A stretch of DNA of 64,000 nt from an uncultured Gemmatimonadaceae bacterium (GCA_963761305.1 CAVXGK010000002.1:1664001-1728000); one strand, 5' to 3'. Positions 28,434 to 39,035 are shown, counted from the stretch's first letter. Numbers and translations: made by a program. Notes: generated by a model from the sequence alone, not told the origin.

Positions 28434-29699
28434 ATGAAAGCAAATGGGTGGACCGGTAGACCGGTGGACCGGTGGACGGCCATCGGCCGAGGGCTTATAG
28501 TCGGGCTAACAGCTGCGCTCGCGGCTGCGCTCGGGACGATCGCGCCTCGTGCGGGAGCTCAGCAGCCGCGCCTCACGATCGAACCGCGGCGGCCTGGTGG
28601 TGGGACACTTACACGCTTGACGATCGATCGCGTCGCCGGGCACGCCGACTCGGTCGTGTCGGTTGTCGGTGTGATGGCCGGCGAGCCGCTCCATTTCCTC
28701 GACGCGGGCAACGACAAGCTGGAAGCGCTCGGCGCGATCCCGGTCGAGGTGTCGGATTCCGTCGTCGCGAAAGTGGTGGTCGTGCGCGCATCCGGCAAGG
28801 AGGATACGCTGCGTCTCAAGCTGGCGTATCCGCACCAGGCGCCGCCTGCCCCGCCGTTGCAATCGCGCGGGCGCGCGCCGGGCGCGCGTCGTCTCCGCGT
28901 CGATCCCAAGTTCACCGCGCGTCCCGACTCGGCGACCGAGGCGCGCGTCGAGCACGAGAACGAGCTCGCGCGAGATGTCGGACGAAAAGCGCAGGACACG
29001 CCGGCTCTCTGGCAAGCGCCGTTCGCTCGCCCGCGCAGCGCCAAGGTGACGAGCAAATTCGGCAGCGGCCGCGTGTTCAATGGCCGCGTGTCGAGCAGCC
29101 ATCTCGGCGTGGACTATCGCGGTGCGCTCGGCGACCCGATCTACGCCGCAAACCGCGGCGTCGTGGCGCTCGTCGACACGTTCTTTCTCGCCGGGAACGT
29201 GGTCTACATCAACCACGGCAACGGCCTCGTCACGGGCTACTTCCATATGAGCCAGCCGGAGGTGGCGATCGGCGACACGGTGGAAAAGGGACAGGAGATC
29301 GGAAAGGTCGGCGCGACCGGGCGAGTGACCGGGCCGCACCTGCACTGGAGCGCGCGCTTTGGTACTTTGACAATCGATCCCGCCGATCTGTTGTCGCTCG
29401 GCCCACCGTTCGTCGCACCGGCGCCGAAGGCGGCTGAGACGGCAGCGGACGATAGCTACCGAAGAAAGCGCGTCCGCCTCGAGGTGACTGGTCGGCATTC
29501 TAGGGCCAGGGCGCAGGCTGCCGTAAGGTCGATGAGTTTCGCGATGAGTCTTCGGCCAGATTCGGCGGTCTCGTCGTTCTGCGGCGATTCGACGTCGCTC
29601 GTCGTCGCGTGCCCGATCGAGGCGCAAGTGGCGTCTCTCGAACGCTGGTGGCGGCCGACGCGGGTGCGGTCGGCGCCGCTGCACGTGGGCGGTCGGTGA
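28434..29699 (+). CDS. M23-family peptidase (start uncertain; last ~80 aa look non-native)
   Basis: HLGVD, NHGNG...YFH, TGRVTGPHLHW. Confidence 0.85.
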   Translation: MKANGWTGRPVDRWTAIGRGLIVGLTAALAAALGTIAPRAGAQQPRLTIEPRRPGGGTLTRLTIDRVAGHADSVVSVVGVMAGEPLHFLDAGNDKLEALGAIPVEVSDSVVAKVVVVRASGKEDTLRLKLAYPHQAPPAPPLQSRGRAPGARRLRVDPKFTARPDSATEARVEHENELARDVGRKAQDTPALWQAPFARPRSAKVTSKFGSGRVFNGRVSSSHLGVDYRGALGDPIYAANRGVVALVDTFFLAGNVVYINHGNGLVTGYFHMSQPEVAIGDTVEKGQEIGKVGATGRVTGPHLHWSARFGTLTIDPADLLSLGPPFVAPAPKAAETAADDSYRRKRVRLEVTGRHSRARAQAAVRSMSFAMSLRPDSAVSSFCGDSTSLVVACPIEAQVASLERWWRPTRVRSAPLHVGGR

Positions 29700-30595
29700 G
29701 TTCGCGCGATCGATCGGGTTCCCCGAGCGAGTGCGTCCGCCAGTGTTGGCAAGAAACTGCGCCGCCATGGCGATCGGCGTGGATGCGGGGGTCGGCTATG
29801 CCCGAATGGTTCGGGAACCGGTCGAAGTCCACGGTGATGCCATTATGCTCGTGCGTTCGTACCGGCGGTGGCTGCGAATGACCCAACCTCCCGATGATCG
29901 GCGGGCCGTCGGGGCTCGCGAGGTTCGGTGTCGAGCGTCGATGCCTCGCGCTTCGCCGAACTACGCAGTGAACGTCGGCGTGGCGGCGTACAGCGTCGAC
30001 AACACTCGATTCGGCGCTCCGCTGACGGCCGATCGACCTCGCGCTGACTCCCGTTTCCTGGTTCGGCATTCGGTTGGCGGGCGCGCTTCGTGTTGCCGAG
30101 CTATCGCGGGGCTCGCTTGACGAGTACCGCGTTGCAGTTTGCTTCCAGTCCGCAGCCCGCTGAATTGAGCAACACACTGCGGCGATGTGACCGATGAACG
30201 TTCCGCGGCGCGGATAGCGCCGACAGATCGCGATCGTGAGATACCGATGCGTCTGCGGAACGTTGCACGAAGCGCGATGAGGAGCGCGTCGACGCAAATG
30301 AGAGCGTCGATTCGAAGAGCCGCACAGTCGGTCCCGCCGATCTGCGGGCACTCGTACCGTCAGCCGATCACGGTCCCTGAGCACGCGACTCCCGCCGACG
30401 CATAGACGACATGGGAACGCGTCGGTCGGAGTTGAGATCGCCGTCGCCTGATTTACGAACGCGAATAGCTCAGTAACGACGGAAGACGGGTTTGAATTCC
30501 TCGAGTTCAACACACTTGAGCCGGCGCTCATAAGAATTCCGCTTTTGGACGCCGCACTTGGGTTGGAAGTCCGTTTGGTTACGACGGGCCGCAGC

Positions 30596-30805
30596 CTACC
30601 TTCGCCTCGAGACACGCGATTTCGCACCGTAGGCGCTGTACCTCTCCGCGGCGCCGTCCGGCTTTCACCGCCGCTCACTCGACAATCCTTCGGGACCGCT
30701 CGATTTGGGAACGCGGACGTCCGATTTGGGAACGCGGACGTCCGACTTTCCAGCGCGCACACCCGACTTTCCCGCGCGCACCGGCGACTTTTCACGACCG
30801 GCGGG
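30596..30805. repeat. 21-bp-period degenerate tandem array (~10 units, core CGAYTT)
   Basis: Units start at 30617, 30659, 30680, 30701, 30722, 30743, 30764, 30785; 30701 and 30722 are identical. Confidence 0.75.
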
Positions 30806-31104
30806 ACACATTGCCTCGCGAGGGGTGACTGACCCGCGCCGCCCGCTCACTTGCGCCGGGTGTGTGAGTGATTCGTCGATGTGCGAGACGTCGCGAACGT
30901 CATTACAAAGGAGCCTGCGCGGCGTCCGTCGGAGCGCGGCTCGCTCCCACGTCGCAGTGCCTCTCCTATGAAGAGGCGCGCACTCGCCGCCTGCCATCCG
31001 CCCTCAGCCGCCTCTGTTTCGAGCACGACGGCGCGCCGGCGATTGCTCCCTGCCCCCGTCGCCGTCCGGCCTTCTCGACGGACAGCACCCGCGCCCCTTT
31101 GCCT

Positions 31105-31293
31105 CGACCGCGCTTCGCTCCGGCCGTCACGCGAATCGCCGAGCGGCGCCACGACTGCGCCCCCGCACGCCTCGACTTCCTCGAGGCGCCCCTGGCGGAC
31201 GCGCCAATATGCACGCATATCCAATGCACGTGCACGCACTCCCACTTGGCACGCACGCACTCCCGTTTCAGTCGGCTTCGCCCCCACCCCGGA
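31105..31293. repeat. Second 21-bp-period degenerate array ending at the RBS of the 31300 gene
   Basis: cgccacgact/cgcctcgact at 31147/31168; ygcacgcay at 31210, 31231, 31252. Confidence 0.6.
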
Positions 31294-31299
31294 GTAACT

Positions 31300-31965
31300 G
31301 TGAACGCCCGTCAGGTTCGTCTCATGCGCGCGATCAACGACGCGCTCGCAGCGCTGCGGAACCCCGAGTTCCACACGCCCACGATCAAACCGCTGCGCGC
31401 CGATCTCGAGCGCCTCGCCAGCGCGCTTCGCGAGGCAATGTCGACGCAGTTGTCGGCCACCGCCGTGGTCGGACCCGACGGGGGCGTCGGCCGGCTGAAG
31501 GTGCAGTTGCGCCAAAAGCACCTGCTCCCGATCGCGCGACGCGCCAAGCTGCTGCTCAAGGGCTACCCCGGCATCGAGGAGTCGCTCGGTATTCCCCACG
31601 CGCGGGCCGACGTCAAGACTCACCTCGACGCGACGAAGCGAATCGTCAAAGCCATACGCCCGCACGCACCGGAGTTTCTCGCCGTCGGTTTTCGAAAGAG
31701 CTTTCTCAGCGACTGCGAGCAACTGGCGCGCACACTCGCCGCGCGGCACGCGAGCCCCGATACGGCGCGCAATCGTCGCGCCATCGCCACCCGATCGATC
31801 CCTGAAACGATCCGCGAAGCCCGCGAGATCATCGCCGCGATCGACGCACACATCAACGCGGAGTTCGCCGACGACCGCGCGCTGATGGCGCAGTGGCGGA
31901 CGGGCAAGCGGGTGCCGGCGCGCATGGGTCGGCCGCCGAGGCGAAAAGGCAACGCGCCGCAGTGA
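31300..31965 (+). CDS. Hypothetical alpha-helical protein with basic C-terminal tail
   Basis: GGAG-5nt-GTG start; 221 aa with amphipathic helices; ends WRTGKRVPARMGRPPRRKGNAPQ. Confidence 0.75.
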   Translation: MNARQVRLMRAINDALAALRNPEFHTPTIKPLRADLERLASALREAMSTQLSATAVVGPDGGVGRLKVQLRQKHLLPIARRAKLLLKGYPGIEESLGIPHARADVKTHLDATKRIVKAIRPHAPEFLAVGFRKSFLSDCEQLARTLAARHASPDTARNRRAIATRSIPETIREAREIIAAIDAHINAEFADDRALMAQWRTGKRVPARMGRPPRRKGNAPQ

Positions 31966-32160
31966 CCCGCGAGACTCACGTTCGCCGACTGACCACCAAT
32001 TCCATGACCCCGACTTCCGCCGAGGGCACGACCACCGCTGCGGTCCTCATGGCCCGCCGATTCGGCCGTCCGGTCACGCAGCGCAAACCGCCCCAGAGCG
32101 CCGGCTGTTCTCCATGGCGAGATCGAACACCTCCTCTCGCCACAGTCGGATACACAGCAC

Positions 32161-33483
32161 ATGCGCGAAAGCGCCGAGCGTGCCGGATCGAGGTTGGACA
32201 CTGTTGTCCGTCGCGATCCTATACTGGAAATCAGGAGCGCCTACGACGCGAAGGACTTCGCTCGCTGCGCGTCGTTGTGTAGACCGATGCTGGCGCGGCC
32301 GCCACGGCCGATCAATACCGGCGTAGCGATTTGCTACGGAAAATGCCTTCTTCAACTCGATCGGCGGTGCGACGAAGCGCTTCCCTTCCTGCGGCGCGCC
32401 GCTCGGCAGTGCCCGCGCGACCAGGAAGCCAATTGGGTGGATGCGCAGACGTTCCTCGCCGTCGCCCTCGCGTCGTCGGGCGAGTTCGAGGAGGCCACCG
32501 AGGTGCTGCGCGCGTTTGCGGGCGCTCGCCTGCGGTCGCCGGCAAGCATAGGCGGAGTCCAAGCCCACGCAGTCTTGGCGGCGACGGACGACTGGCGTCG
32601 CGGATGGTCGCTGCACGAATCGCGTCGCTATAGCCCGGCGGTCGCCGTTCGCGGGATGGATGGCGCTCCGCGCTGGAACGGCGCCGACAACCCGGCGACG
32701 ATTGCCATCATCGACGAGCAGGGGCTGGGCGACGCCGTGCTCATGGCGCGGTGGATCCCGTGGCTCATCGCCACGACGGGCCGAAGGCCTCGCTTCTACG
32801 GCCGCGCCTCTTTGCGCCGCTGGATCGAAGCGACCGGCTGCGAGTTCGTCGAGCGACCTGTGTACGGGAAGGTGCTCGGCGCAGACGAGAGTGAGATCGC
32901 CGAGTCGAGTATCGCCCTCGCGATGAGTCTGCCCAGCTTGGCCCAGTGTGCGTCGCCGGCGGACGTTCCGCCGCCGTTCGCACCCAGCGCACTGCTCGGC
33001 GCGCGGGCCCAACGCGCCGGCGAGACAGCCGACGATCGCTATCGCGTGGGCGTGTGCTGGACGTCGACGGCCGCCAATCTCAACAAGCAGCTGCGGTTTT
33101 CGCCGGAGCAGTTCGCCGAGCTGTGGTCGCCTCTCGACGGTGTCGAGTTCGTGAACGTCACGCACGAGTCGCGGGTCGGCGCTAACGCGCCATTCGGCAT
33201 CCGTCGATTTGCCGACGTGTACGAGACCGGCGAGCTGATAGCCTCGTTGGACCTCGTCGTCACCGTCGACACGCTGGTCGCCCATCTCGCCGGCAGCCTC
33301 GGCGTTCCGACGATCGTCATCGCGCCGACGTACTACGACTGGCGCTATCGCTGGCCGGGCGAGAACGGATCACCGTTTTATCCCAGCGTTTCGGTCTTCC
33401 GTCAACAGTACGGCGACGACGTTTCGGTGCTTGCCCGTGTGCGAGCGCACCTGACCGCGACCCTGCGTCCCCACCACGCCTGA
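32161..33483 (+). CDS. TPR + glycosyltransferase family 9-like (GT-B) protein
   Basis: EQGLGDAV, SLP, VGVCW, LDLVVTVDTLVAHLAGSLGVP, DWRY, SPFYPS. Confidence 0.82.
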   Translation: MRESAERAGSRLDTVVRRDPILEIRSAYDAKDFARCASLCRPMLARPPRPINTGVAICYGKCLLQLDRRCDEALPFLRRAARQCPRDQEANWVDAQTFLAVALASSGEFEEATEVLRAFAGARLRSPASIGGVQAHAVLAATDDWRRGWSLHESRRYSPAVAVRGMDGAPRWNGADNPATIAIIDEQGLGDAVLMARWIPWLIATTGRRPRFYGRASLRRWIEATGCEFVERPVYGKVLGADESEIAESSIALAMSLPSLAQCASPADVPPPFAPSALLGARAQRAGETADDRYRVGVCWTSTAANLNKQLRFSPEQFAELWSPLDGVEFVNVTHESRVGANAPFGIRRFADVYETGELIASLDLVVTVDTLVAHLAGSLGVPTIVIAPTYYDWRYRWPGENGSPFYPSVSVFRQQYGDDVSVLARVRAHLTATLRPHHA

Positions 33484-33485
33484 CG

Positions 33486-33520
33486 AAAACGGGGGGAGCG
33501 CCCGATTGGCACTCCCCCCG
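33486..33520 (-). terminator. Intrinsic terminator (possibly bidirectional) after SusD1
   Basis: cggggggag-N13-ctccccccg stem followed by a T-run on the minus strand. Confidence 0.7.
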
Positions 33521-33554
33521 CGATCGTTTCTACTTTCCTAAACTCCGCGGCGTA

Positions 33555-34943
33555 TTACGCCTTGGTATCGAGGCAGCCGTGGAAGTTCGGGTTGGCCAAC
33601 TCGGCGTCCACGACCGGGAACGCCACTTCGGTGCCGTACTGGCCCGACGGTGAGCCGTTGCGCGTGAAGTTGCCGCTCGGGAACACCTTGTCCTGCGTGC
33701 GCCCGTACTGGCGGACCAGCCGCCGCAGGTCGTTCATGCGCCAGCCGCGCTGGAACTGCCAGAGCGCCTTCTCGCGGAAGAACACGTCCGTCGCGGTCGA
33801 AGCAGTCGGCGTCGGAAGGGCGGCCATCGCCGCAACCTTGAAAATGCCGAGCGTCTGCGGCGTGGTACGGAGCGTGTTCAGGATCGTCGTCATCCCGGCG
33901 AAGTCGTTCGTCTGCAGCTTGGCCTCGGCCTCGATCAGACGCGCGTCGATGCCCGAAACGACCGGGATCGGATCATCCCGTCCCCAGTTGTTGACCTGCA
34001 CGAAGTCGGTGACGTTGTCCTCGCCAGGCTTCTTCGTATCCGTGATCGAGACGCGGGGATCGTTCAGCCGCGCGAACGGAATCGCGTTGAAGATCTGGCC
34101 GGCAGTGTTCGTGCTGTCGCCCGCCGTATAGCGCTTCACGCTCGCCCCCATGATCCACCATTCGTTGTCGAACGTGGGGATGGAGTAGTCGAAGTTGTAT
34201 TGGTAGGTCGTGGGCACACTCGCCACTTCGGCCACGGCGCCGGCGAAATCGCCTAGATCAACCTTGATGCGGCCGCGCGTGATGAGCACCGCGAACTTGA
34301 CGCCCTGCGTCGTCGCGTCCGTCGCCGTGAGGAAGGTGAGCGCCGTGTCCAGCCGGGTCAACGCGAGCTTGAGGCCGTCGGCGTCGGTGAGGGGCTGGGT
34401 GTACTGCGGCACGCCGTTCACCGTCTCGCCGAATGGAATGCCGTTGCAGAACACTTCGGACATCGCCATCTCGACGTAGCCCATCTGTAAATACATCTCG
34501 CCCACGTGCTGCACGCCCGTCGGCGACTTGTCGAAGGCGAGCAGCCCGTTGATCGCGCTGCGGGCGAAACCGCGGGCCTGCTGCGCGTTTCCATAGATCG
34601 GCGTCAGCACGGCGTCGTTCGTCTGCAGGTTGCGCTGGTCGGCGTCGTTCCGCTGCGAGAAGGTATCACCGGACATGACCTCGTCGCTGAACAGCGCCTC
34701 CCAGTTCCAGAGTGCTTCCGTGTTGTTGCCGTTGCCGTTGATGGAGTTCTTCCAACGACCCAGCGCGCCGACGTAGAGCGCGTCCGCCGCCGCCGTGTTG
34801 GCCGTGGAGGCTGGGGAGATGATGCCGGGGTTCTGTGGGGCAAGCAACTCGTCGTGGGCGCTACACGCGCCGAGGAGCATGCTCCCAACGACCACCGCAG
34901 TCGCGGTGGTCGTTCGGCCGGCCCGATTTATTAGGCTCTTCAT
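33555..34943 (-). CDS. SusD/RagB-like outer-membrane lipoprotein (pair 1)
   Basis: Lipobox LGAC; DARLIEAEA; FREKALW..RGWR..DLRR; NPN tail; directly downstream of SusC. Confidence 0.88.
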   Translation of the reverse strand: MKSLINRAGRTTTATAVVVGSMLLGACSAHDELLAPQNPGIISPASTANTAAADALYVGALGRWKNSINGNGNNTEALWNWEALFSDEVMSGDTFSQRNDADQRNLQTNDAVLTPIYGNAQQARGFARSAINGLLAFDKSPTGVQHVGEMYLQMGYVEMAMSEVFCNGIPFGETVNGVPQYTQPLTDADGLKLALTRLDTALTFLTATDATTQGVKFAVLITRGRIKVDLGDFAGAVAEVASVPTTYQYNFDYSIPTFDNEWWIMGASVKRYTAGDSTNTAGQIFNAIPFARLNDPRVSITDTKKPGEDNVTDFVQVNNWGRDDPIPVVSGIDARLIEAEAKLQTNDFAGMTTILNTLRTTPQTLGIFKVAAMAALPTPTASTATDVFFREKALWQFQRGWRMNDLRRLVRQYGRTQDKVFPSGNFTRNGSPSGQYGTEVAFPVVDAELANPNFHGCLDTKA

Positions 34944-34967
34944 ATAAGAATCGTCCTCGGACTCGGT

Positions 34968-37900
34968 TTAGTAGTGGAGGTTCGCGCGAACCAGGAAGTA
35001 CGTGCGCGGCGCGATCGTGGAGAAGTCGGTCTGGGTGTCACCGGCGTTGTAGTTCGCTTCGGGATCCGTGCCGGTGTACTTCGTCCACGTGTGCAGGTTG
35101 CGCGCGGAGAAGACGAGCTGCGCGTCACGAGCGCGGATCTTGTTCGCGAAGGAGGTCGGCAGCGTGAGCGCGGCCGAAACCTCGCGCAGCTTCCAGAACT
35201 GGCCGTTCTCGAGGTAGCCCTCGACCGACGACGGGTTCTTGGCGCTCGAATTGGCGACCGTGCGGGCCTGGTCCCACAGCGGCGTGTTCTTGAGGTTTTC
35301 CGAATACCAGGTGGCGAAGTTCTGGGAGTAGAACTGGCCCGACTGGTTGTACAGAATGTATCCGCCCTTGTAGTCGGTGAGTACCGTGAAGCGCAGCTTG
35401 CGGTTGAACAGATCGAGGCCGTTCGTCACCGAGAAGATGTCGCGCGGGATCGAGTAACCGACGTACACGAAGTTCGGCGACACCGTCACTTCGTTCGGCG
35501 TGATGATGCCGTCGCCGTTGGCGTCGGCGAACGTGTACGGGCGGGCGAAGAAGCCGTTGACCGATTCGCCGCTCGAGTCGCGGGTTGTGCCCGTGCCGAT
35601 CGTCGGCAGCGGCTTGCCCGTCGCGTCGTTACCGATCGAGTTGATCTTGTTCGAGTTGTGCGACGCGGCGATCGTCACGTCCCAACCGAGCGCGCGGCGA
35701 TCGATCAACGTCGTGTTCAGCGAGGCCTCGAGACCGCTGTTCGAGACCGACGCCAGGTTGTTGACCACGGACAGTGTGGAGGCGCCCGACGACGCCGCGA
35801 GCGGCTGCGACACCAGGGCGTCGTGCGTCGTCTTCGAGTAGTACGTGAAGTCGAAGTGGGCGCGGTTGTTCAACACGCTCGTCTCGAAGCCCATCTCGGA
35901 CTCGATCGAACGCTCCGGCTTGAGGGTGGGGTTGCCCAGAGCCGCCGCGATGAGGCCCGGCGTGTCCGCGCCGGCCGTGCCGCCGGCCGCCGCGACGTTC
36001 GCCGTCGACGCGCTGAACGTCTGGAGCGCCACCGTGCTGCCCGGCTGGTTGCCCGACGCGCCATACGCGCCGCGCAAACGCAGTTGGTTCAGCCAATCGA
36101 AGTGCGGGAAGAAGCTCTCATCGGAGATGATGTACGAGACGCTCGCCTTCGGATAGAGAACGCGCTGGTACTTGGTACCGAACGCGCTGTTCTGGTCCGA
36201 GCGCGCCGCCGCCACGAGGAAGAGGCGGTCGCGGATCGACGCCTGCTCCTGCCCGTAGTACCCGAGGATCTTCGTGACCGTCTGGAGCGTGTTGCCGCCC
36301 GTGACGGTGGCCGCGGCGCCGACCGACTGCGCGCCCGGCGGGAGCTGCTGGCCGGTGTCGTTCACACCGTCGGTTTCGTTGTTGCCGTACTCGGTGCCCA
36401 GGGTGGTCTTGAAGTTCACGGTGCTCGTGGCCTGCCAGGTCATGTTGCTCGTGACCTTCGCCGTGAAGTTGCGCAGGTTCGTCTGCGTGTCACTGACCCG
36501 GCCCAGACGCGTCGTGCCGGAGTTCGGGCACTCGCCGAAGCGGCAGATGCTGCTGAAGATGTTGTCGGCGAGGTCGATGCCGGTCGTGGCCTGGTTGTTC
36601 ATCCACGCGAAGGGGCGCCACGTGGCATCGGCCGACCCGAGGAAGCGCTGCGTGCCGTTCGTGTTGTAGTTCTGGAACGTTTGCGCCGGGCTGAACCCGC
36701 CGTAGCCGTTCCGGTACTCGTTGAGCGAGCCGAGCTCGTTGTAGGTCAGACCGTGGCAGTTGGTCGTGCAGGAGTAGTTGAAGCCCGGGTTGTTCAGCGC
36801 GCTGTAGATGTAGCTGAACGTGTTGTTGTCGGTCTGCGGAATCGTCTGGTTGTAGTTCGAGAACCCGGTGTTCACGTTCATGTCGAACTTCGGCGAGAAG
36901 GCGGCGCTCAGGTTCGCGCGCATGCTGTACTGCTGGTACTGCTCCGGGTTGATCCATTCGTCGCGCGCCGGCGTGCCGAGCGAGTCGAGCGTTCGGCGGG
37001 CGAACATCGGCATGAACGTCGGGCCAAGCTCGTTGGCCAGGTCGCCGCTGACGAAGAAGCGCACCTGATCCGAGCCGCCGCTCGCGTTCATCCCGTAGCC
37101 GTTGTGGTGCCCCATGTGCAGCGAGCTCGTCGCCTGGTTATTGAGCACGCTGAACGAGGTGAGGCTGTCGAGCAAGCACGAGCCCTGACTCTCGCTCACC
37201 AGCGTGCAGCGCTGGAGAGCACCGGTGGAATCGTGGCCCCACGACGCGTAGTCCGTCGGGTAGGTGTTGCGGTCATCGACGCCGCCGCCTTCACCGTACC
37301 ACGTCCAGCGCGTACTGCCGGCGCGTCCCTTCTTCGTCGTGATCACGATGACGCCGTTCGACGCGTTCGTTCCATAGAGCGTCGCCGCCGACGGACCCTT
37401 CACGATCTCGACGTCTTCGATCTCGTTCGGATCGAGGTCGTTGAGGAAGCTGGACTGCGTGCCGCCCGAGCCGAGGCCGATCGAACCGGCGTTGATGTGG
37501 ACGCCGTCGACGATATAGATCGGCGCGTTGCTGATGCCCGACCCGGTCGTGGCGAGGGAGTTGAGGCCGCGGATGCGGATCACCGGCGCCGAGCCGGTCA
37601 TCGCGCCCTCGAGCACCGAGACGCCCGGAGCCTTGGCGACCATCAGGTCACCGAGGTTCGTGATCGGCATCGTTTCTACGTTCTTATTGACGTCGCCGAG
37701 CGTTGAGACCGAGTTGCCCAGCTCGACGCGGCGCTGATCGCCGGTGGCCGTGGTCACGATTTCCTGCAGCTGAACGATCGCCTGCTGCATCGTGAAGTTG
37801 AGCGTAACGTTGGCGCCGGCGCTCACGGCTACCGCTTTCTTCTGTTCCTGGTAGCCCACGCGCAGGACGCGGACTTCAATATTGCCGGTCGGCGCGTTGC

Positions 37901-38117
37901 GAATCGTGTAACGGCCGTCGCCACCGGTCGGCACGATGATGCTGGTGTTTACCACCATGACGCGCGCATCACCGAGCGGTTCTTCGGTACCGGCCGCCGT
38001 CACACGCCCGGTGACCGTTCCTTGTGCCCGCAGCGCCGCGGGCATCGCGAGGAGGGTGGCAGCCGCGAGGATCGGAACGAGTCCGGATCCTACACGCTTC
38101 GAGGGAGTCAATCGCAT
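34968..38117 (-). CDS. SusC/RagA-family TonB-dependent outer-membrane receptor (pair 1)
   Basis: Carboxypeptidase-like N-domain, IRIRG, EIVKGPSAATLYG, GVIVITTKKG, LKPE, DPE, terminal aromatic residue. Confidence 0.92.
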   Translation of the reverse strand: MRLTPSKRVGSGLVPILAAATLLAMPAALRAQGTVTGRVTAAGTEEPLGDARVMVVNTSIIVPTGGDGRYTIRNAPTGNIEVRVLRVGYQEQKKAVAVSAGANVTLNFTMQQAIVQLQEIVTTATGDQRRVELGNSVSTLGDVNKNVETMPITNLGDLMVAKAPGVSVLEGAMTGSAPVIRIRGLNSLATTGSGISNAPIYIVDGVHINAGSIGLGSGGTQSSFLNDLDPNEIEDVEIVKGPSAATLYGTNASNGVIVITTKKGRAGSTRWTWYGEGGGVDDRNTYPTDYASWGHDSTGALQRCTLVSESQGSCLLDSLTSFSVLNNQATSSLHMGHHNGYGMNASGGSDQVRFFVSGDLANELGPTFMPMFARRTLDSLGTPARDEWINPEQYQQYSMRANLSAAFSPKFDMNVNTGFSNYNQTIPQTDNNTFSYIYSALNNPGFNYSCTTNCHGLTYNELGSLNEYRNGYGGFSPAQTFQNYNTNGTQRFLGSADATWRPFAWMNNQATTGIDLADNIFSSICRFGECPNSGTTRLGRVSDTQTNLRNFTAKVTSNMTWQATSTVNFKTTLGTEYGNNETDGVNDTGQQLPPGAQSVGAAATVTGGNTLQTVTKILGYYGQEQASIRDRLFLVAAARSDQNSAFGTKYQRVLYPKASVSYIISDESFFPHFDWLNQLRLRGAYGASGNQPGSTVALQTFSASTANVAAAGGTAGADTPGLIAAALGNPTLKPERSIESEMGFETSVLNNRAHFDFTYYSKTTHDALVSQPLAASSGASTLSVVNNLASVSNSGLEASLNTTLIDRRALGWDVTIAASHNSNKINSIGNDATGKPLPTIGTGTTRDSSGESVNGFFARPYTFADANGDGIITPNEVTVSPNFVYVGYSIPRDIFSVTNGLDLFNRKLRFTVLTDYKGGYILYNQSGQFYSQNFATWYSENLKNTPLWDQARTVANSSAKNPSSVEGYLENGQFWKLREVSAALTLPTSFANKIRARDAQLVFSARNLHTWTKYTGTDPEANYNAGDTQTDFSTIAPRTYFLVRANLHY

Positions 38118-38612
38118 TGGTTCGCCCCTTAGGGAGTTTGAACTACGAGCGTTCACGTTTTCCGTGAACGGACTTCGAACGATTGTCCAGCCGTACTGCG
38201 TGAACTCACGAACTTTTCCCTGCGCCGAGAGGGATCGGCCCAGGGAGAGACTTGCTCGACGATCTAACCCATGCTGCCGCCCGCGCGTCACATTGCGGAC
38301 AGGCAAGAAACCTTTGGCGCCCGTCGCGTTCTAAGGCCCTCGCGTCATTCAGGCTATAGGAGATTGTATACGATATACGACGCAAGAAATCTCAACGCCT
38401 AGAGACATCGAATTGACCTGACGCGGCTGAGTTTGTCCAGACCAGCCCGGCGTCAGGAAAGGGATGACAGTCGGTTCTCGGAAGGGCAACGATGCGGCGG
38501 GAATCAAATCGAAAACGGCCCGTCCCGCGCCTCGTGCGGCCAAGGCGCGTGACAGCGCGTTCCGACACAATCCGGGACTAATCGCGCGGGCGATCCGCGC
38601 GTTCCCGCTTGA

Positions 38613-38692
38613 CGGTGGACCGGTGGACCGGTGGACCGGCGGACCGGCGGACCGGCGGACGGGTGGACGGGTGGACGGGTGGACCGGTGAAC
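38613..38692. repeat. 8-bp tandem array, 10 units (CGGTGGAC x3, CGGCGGAC x3, GGGTGGAC x3, CGGTGAAC)
   Basis: Directly visible; same family as 9285-9506. Confidence 0.9.
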
Positions 38693-38747
38693 GTGACGGC
38701 TGAGTCCCTGCCTCGGAGTGGCGCTCGGGGTGGAACTGTCCTCCGCG

Positions 38748-39035
38748 GACCGCTCGCAGTATTGCCGATACTGCCGGCAATACTGCAACGGCTCCGCTCC
38801 GGACAGACCCACCCGCTCGCTCCCTCGAATCAGAGAACGCCAGACTGCGTGGGCGTGCCGATGGCGTCACGCTGGTCGCCCGCACGCGCATCACACCGCG
38901 ACCGCAGGACGGCGCGCGCGTTTTCGCACCAGGCGGAGTTTCACGCGCCCACGAAGGCAGCGCCCGAGACGGCCCGGGTCTGGAGCGCGAGCCGTTGCAG
39001 TATTGCCGGCAGTATCGGCAATACTGCGAGCGGTC
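38748..39035. repeat. Inverted doublet of a 47-bp hairpin element
   Basis: 38748-38794 is the exact reverse complement of 38989-39035; internal stem GCAGTATTGCCG/CGGCAATACTGC. Confidence 0.92.

Noticed and set aside
29731..30120. Class III nucleotide cyclase fragment (IGVDAG...HGDAI)
   Set aside because: Resemblance too weak; the catalytic NxxxR motif is absent
29500..30795. 431-aa minus-strand ORF as a real gene
   Set aside because: Arg/Ser-rich, no recognisable motif or RBS; typical high-GC spurious ORF
30596..30805. CRISPR or mini-CRISPR array
   Set aside because: The conserved core is only ~6 bp and the period 21 bp, far below repeat-plus-spacer size; no cas genes
34974..37706. 910-aa plus-strand ORF and similar long antisense ORFs (e.g. 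7504-9099, 26734-28356, 53876-55609)
   Set aside because: Shadow ORFs opposite well-supported genes, caused by GC-biased codon usage
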